DNA of 64,000 nt from the human T2T-CHM13v2.0 reference genome, Homo sapiens. A program made the position numbers and the translations under genes. The notes under the pieces are model-generated. The model was given only the letters and a program-made list of their open reading frames with translations, ran no database searches and had not been told where the DNA came from. The stretch is taken from the NCBI RefSeq assembly GCF_009914755.1, contig NC_060947.1; one strand, written 5' to 3'. Position 1 is the first letter of the stretch. Every line of letters begins with the position of its first letter. Below, in pieces: positions 58,189 to 64,000 of the stretch.

Positions 58189-59716
58189 TGTATTAGTTTA
58201 TTCTTGCATTGCTATAAAGAAATACCAGAGATTGAGTAATTTATAAAGAGAAGAGATTTAACTGGCTCACAGTCATGCAGGTTGTACAGAAAGCATGATA
58301 CTACTATATGCTCAGGTTCTGGGGAGACATCAGGAAACTTACCATCATAGCAAAAGGCAAAGGGGGAACAAATACCTCACATGGCAAAAGCAGGAGCAAG
58401 AGAGTGAGTTTAGAGGTGCTACACACTTTTAAACAACCAGATCTCAGGAGAACTCACTCTTTATTGTGAGGACAGTACTGAGGGAATGATGCCAAACCAT
58501 TCATAAGAAATCAGCTTCCGTGATCCAATCACCTTCCACCAGGCCCCACCCCCAATATTGTGGATTACATTTTAATATGAGGTGTGGGCAGGGACAACTA
58601 TATTATTCTGAAGCTGGCCTCTCCCAAATCTCATCTTCTTCTAACATTTCAAAATGCAATCACGCCTTTCCAATAATCCCACAAAGTCTTAATTCATTTC
58701 AGTGTTAACTCAAAAGTTCAAAGTCCAAAGTCTCATCTGCTTGAGTTTCTCTCCTGAAAAAGCTTTTTTTTTTCTCTGTGATATGGCCAGGCTGAAAAAT
58801 TTTCAAACTTTTACATTATGCTTCCCTTTTAAATATAAGTTTCAGCTTTAAGTCATTTATTTACTCCCACATATGAACACAGGCTATTAGAAGCAGCCAG
58901 GCCAAATCTTGAATGCTTTGCTGCTGAGAAATTTCTTCCACCAGATGCCCTAAATCATCACTCTCAAGTTCAAAGTTTCACAGATCTCCAAGCCAGGGGC
59001 ACAATGCAACCAATTTTTTTGCTAAGTCATAACAAAAGTGACCTTGGCTCCATTTCCCAATAAGTTTCTCATTTCCATCTGAGATCTCCTCAACCTGGAC
59101 TTCATTGTTTATATGACTATCAGCATTGTGGTCACAACAATTTAACCAGTCACTAAAAAGTTTCAAACATTCCCTCATCTTCCTATCTTCTTCTGAACCC
59201 TCCACACTCTTCCAGTTTCTGTCTGCTACCCAATTCCAAAGTAGTTTCCAGATTTCAGGTATCTTTAGAAAAATTCCCAACTCCTTGGTACCGTTTTTTT
59301 TTTTTTTTTTTTTTTTGTAAAATAGCTGACACTGGGAAATTTATAAAGTAAAAAGGTTTAATTGTCTCACTGTTATACAGGCTGCACAGAAAGCATGATG
59401 CTGGCATATGCTCAGCATCTGGGAAGGCCTCAGAAAACTTACAATCATGGTCAAAGGCAATGGGGGAGCAATTATGTCACATGGCAAAAGCATGAGCAAG
59501 AGAGTGAGGAGAGAGGTGCAACACACTTTTAAATAGCTAGATCTCAGAAATACTCACTCTCTATCAGGGGGATGGCACCAAGAAGGATGGTGTTAATCCT
59601 TTTATGAGAAATCTTCCCCCATGGTTCAATCACCTCCCTCCCTGGCCCCATCTCCAATATATGAGATTACATTTCAATGTAAGATTTGGGCCAGGAAGCA
59701 CATTCAAATTATATCA
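58189..59716 (-). mobile_element. MST-type MaLR provirus with deleted internal region, nested in L1 ORF1
   Basis: Two LTRs (about 58189-58605 and 59318-59716); perfect TSD agctc at 58184-58188 and 59717-59721. Confidence 0.93.
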
Positions 59717-62700
59717 AGCTCCAACAGGTCTGGCAGCAGACTTTTCCTGGAAACCTTACAGGCCAGAAAAGAGTGACATCACATATTTAAAGTACTGAAG
59801 GAAAAAACTTTTACTTTCAAATAGTATATCTAGTGAAAATATACTTCAGGCATGAAGAAGAAATAAAGACATTCCCAGACAAACAAAAGCTGAGAGATTT
59901 CATCAACACCAAACCTATCCTACATGAAATGCTAAAAGGTGTTCTTCAGTTTGAAAGAAAAATATATTAATGTGCTAGAAGAAACCATCTTAAGATAAAA
60001 AACTCACTGGTAATAGTAAGCACACAGAAAAACAGAATAGTACAACACTGTAATGATGGTGAGTAAACTGCTCTTAAGTAGAAAGACTAAATAACAAACC
60101 AATAAAAAATAATGATGAAAACGAGGAAACTACTAGAACTGATAAACAAATTCAGTACAGTTGCAGGATACGAAGTCAGTATACAGAAATCAATAGCATT
60201 TCTATATGTCACCAGGAGACAATCTGAAAAAGAAATAAAATAATACTCCCATCTACAATAGCCACAAGTAAAATTAAATATCTAGGAATTGGCAAAAAAA
60301 GTGAAAAGTCTCCACAATAAACTCATAAAATTCTGATAAAAGTAACTGAAGAGGACACCAAAAAATGGAAAGATATTTCGTGTTCATGGATTGGAAGAAT
60401 CAATATTCTCAAAATGTCCATACTACCCAAAGTAATCTACAGATTCAATGCAATCCCTATTCAACTATCAGTCACGCTTTTTCACAGAAATAGAAGAAAA
60501 CAATCCTAAAATGTATATGGTTTATCAAAAGACCTAAATAGTCAAAGCTATTCTGAGCCAAAAGGAAAAAAATGGAGGAATCACTTCACCTTGCTTCAAA
60601 TTATACTACACAACTATAGTAACCAAAACAGTATGTACTTGTACAAAAACAGACACATAGACCAAGGGAACAGAATAGAGAACTCAGAAATAAATTCACA
60701 CACCTACAGTGTACTAGTTTTCAACAAAAGTGCCAAGAATATACACTGAGGAAAAGCCACTCTCTTCAAAAAATTGTGCTAGGAAAACTTAATTCAGAGA
60801 TGCTGAAGAATAAAACTAGACCCCTATCTCTAACCACATATAAAAATCAAATTATAATGGATTACATACTTAAATCTAAGAACTCAAACTATAAAATTAC
60901 TAGAAGAAAATATTGAAGAAACTCTCCAAGACATTGATCTGTGCAGAAATTTCTTAAGTAATATCTCACAAGCACAGGCAACCAAAGCAAAAATGGACCA
61001 ATGGGATTTGGTCATCAAATTAAAACTTCTGCACAGCAAAGGATACAATAAACAAAGGGAAGAGACAACCTGCAGAATGTGAGAAAATATTTGCAAACTA
61101 CCCATTTGACAAGGGATTAATAACCAGAATACATAAGGAGCTCAAACAACTCTATACAAAGAAAATCTTATAATCTGATAAAATAAGAACAGAAGATCTG
61201 AATAGACATTTCTCAAAAGAATACATACAAATGACAAACAGGCATATGAAAAGGTGCTTCACATCACTGATTATCAGAGAAACACAAATTAGAATTATAA
61301 TAAGATATTATCTCATCCCAGTTAAAATAATTTTTTTTAAATGTCAGGCAATGACAAATTCTGGTGAGGATGTGGAGAAAAGGGAAACCTCTTTCATTGT
61401 TGGTGGGAATGTAAATTAGTACAACCACAATAGAGAGTGCTTTGGAGGTTCCTCAAAAATAAAAAAAAAAAAGAAAGAAACAAAAGCTATTATATTATCC
61501 AGCAATTCTACTGCTGGGTACACACCCAAAAGAATGAAAACTAGTATATCTAATAGATATTGGCTCTCCCATGTTTGTTACAGAACTGTTTACAATAGCC
61601 AATATTTGGAGACAACCCAAGGGTCTTTCAACTGATAAATGCATAAAGAAAATGTGATACATATACACAATGAAGTACTATTCAGCCATATTAAAGAATG
61701 AGATCCAATCATTTGCAACAACATAGATGGAGCTGGAGGTCATTATGTTAAGTAAAATAAGCTAGGCACAGAAACACAAATATTGCACATTCTCATTTAT
61801 TCGTGCAATCTAAAAGTCAAAACAATTAAGTTTATAGAGATAGAGAGTAAAAGGATAGTTACCAGTAGCTGGAAAGGGTAGTGGGGTTTGGGGGGAATGC
61901 TGGGATGGTTAAGAGAAACCAAAAACAATTAGAAAAAACGAATAAGACCTACTATTTGATAGAACAACAGAGGACTACAGTCAATAATAATTTAATTGTA
62001 CATTTTATAGTAACTGAAATAGTATAATTGGATTGTTTGTAATACAAAGGATAAATGTCTGAGTAGATAGATACCCAACATTCCATGGTATGACTATTAC
62101 ACATTGCATGCCTGTACCATAATGTCTGATGTACCTCATAAATATGTACACCTGCTATTTACCTACAAAAATTAAAAATTTTGAACAATATGCTTAGTTC
62201 ATATTAACCAAGGGTGGATATAAATTTTAGATATACTATAAATTTTTTGAAATGTTAATGTAGTGAGTCTGACTTTGTATACAAAATCTATATAGATATG
62301 ATGTCAACAGGATTTCACAGGAAAAGTTCAATTAAAAAAAAGAAGTTGGCTTTTTGTGGTGGTTGCTGTTTTGGTTTGAGCATTACCAAGTAGTCGGCTC
62401 TATGAAATCCAAACGAATCCACCAAGTCATATCAATATCACAAATTTATTTAAGCTCTGGTAGACACAAGAGAGTAGAGCATGGACTTATTAACTATAAT
62501 TTTATATTATTTAAACATTAGATGATCAAGTGAAATACATTTGAGAATGCAACAGCCAACTATCAAATCAAAACATGATGAATAAGTTTGTTCTATTAAT
62601 ATTTTATTGAAAATAGTGAGTTATCTTAACCTCTTTTAGATTTGTAATTAATGCAGAAAGGAAAGGGAAAATACAATTACAAATAAATGTTTAGTTATTT

Positions 62701-63187
62701 AAGCAAACATGTACATACACATCTGTCTAAGCATATTTAGATGAACTAAATCCAGATTTAGAAATACAGCCTTTGAAGAACCACCTGAATAAATGTTTTT
62801 CTACACCTTAAAATATACTTTATTACCCAGAGGAATATGATGAAACTAATGCTTAATGAAACTACTTACTCCCTCCAAAATGTGCCTACATTTCAATTGT
62901 ATAAAAATGCAAAAAATCTATTTTCACTTTATTGTTACATATTTTAAAAGTACTAAGTATTTGAAGGGCACTGAGCATTTAACTTTAACCTTAACATCTC
63001 CCTTTTTGCCAGTTAGAAAAGTGATATGAACTTTTTATTGAGTTGTTGCACCCCACTGATTTCCTGAAATACTCAAAATGTCATGTATTTTGTAAATTTT
63101 AATATTTTGTTAAACGACTAGAATTACTCTAAAATGTCCTAAAGCAACACTTGGAAATCATCCTTCACCAGAGATAAGAAGTGTTCA

Positions 63188-64000
63188 TGAGTTCTCTATT
63201 CTGTTCCATTGGTCTATGTGTCTGTTCTAGTACCAGTACCATGCTGTTTTGGTTACCGTAGCCTTGTAGTATAGTTTGAAGTCAGATAGCATGATGCCTC
63301 CAGCTTTGTTCTTTTTGCTTAGGATTTTCTGGTCTATACAGGCTCCTTTTTAGTTCCATATGAATTTTAAGATAGTTTCATTTTTAATTCTGTGAAGAAT
63401 GTCAATGGTACTTTAATAGGAATAAGCATTGAATGAATAAATTATTTGGGGCAGTATGGCCATTTTCACAATATTGATACTTCCTATCCATGAGCAAGGG
63501 ATGTTTTTTCATTTGTTTGTGTCCTCCCTGATTTCCTTGAGCAGTAGTTTGTAGTTCTCTTTCAAGAAGTCCTTCCTTCCTTCCTTTGTTAGCTGTATTC
63601 CTAGGTATTTTTCTCTTTGTAGCAATTGTGAATAGGAAATCATTCATGATTTGGCTCTTTGCTTGCCTGTTGTTGGTGTATTGGAATGCTAGCGACTTTT
63701 GTACATTGATTTTGTATCCTGAGACTGCTGAAGTTGCTTAGCAGCTTAAGAAGCTTTTGGGCTGAGATCATGGGGTTTTCTAGATACAGGATCATGTCAT
63801 CTGCAAACAAAAACAATTTGACTTTCTCTCTTCCTATTTGAATACGCTACATTTTTTTCTCCTGCCAGATTGCCCTGGCCAGAACCTCCAATACTATATT
63901 GAATAGGAGTAGTGAGAGAGGACAGCCTTGTCTTGTGCTGGTTTTCATGGGGAATGCTTCCAGCTTTTACCCATTCAGTATTATATTGGCTGTTGGTTTG
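63188..64000 (-). mobile_element. L1PA/PB ORF2 fragment running off the window
   Basis: 'ttctctattctgttccattggtctatgtg...gtatagtttgaagtcag'; no 3' UTR precedes it. Confidence 0.92.

Larger units (their letters stand above)
55605..62180 (+). mobile_element. L1MA-type element with 5' UTR, ORF1 (split by an MST provirus), large ORF2 deletion and intact 3' end
   Basis: 5' tip 'gagcaagattg'; ORF1 peptide DREFKIAVLRNLKEIQDNTEK; ORF2 resumes near 60128; 3' UTR ends 'cctacaaaaattaaaaa'. Confidence 0.92.

Overview
This is AT-rich primate (very probably human) non-coding DNA with no credible protein-coding exon; almost all listed ORFs are read-throughs of repeats. It contains many L1 pieces (L1PA/L1PB/L1MA types), about 13 Alus, a near-complete Tigger1, two MaLR LTR-int-LTR proviruses with perfect 5-bp TSDs, a solo THE1 LTR, and MIR/L2 remnants. 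The only gene-derived sequence is a frameshifted copy of the SNX3 5' UTR plus the first 54 codons (11584-11773, minus strand). From memory, SNX3P1X/SNX3P1Y lie in PCDH11X/Y introns of the X-transposed region, so the window may be there; I have not verified this. I found no new multi-gene system. The most unusual signals are local sequence-copying events: a composite Alu that carries the 3' end and flank of an inverted Alu 17 kb away, a probable conversion tract between inverted L1s 24 kb apart, short templated insertions inside an L1 and the Tigger1, and several rearranged L1s. Subfamily names come from recalled consensus sequences and repeat boundaries are approximate.
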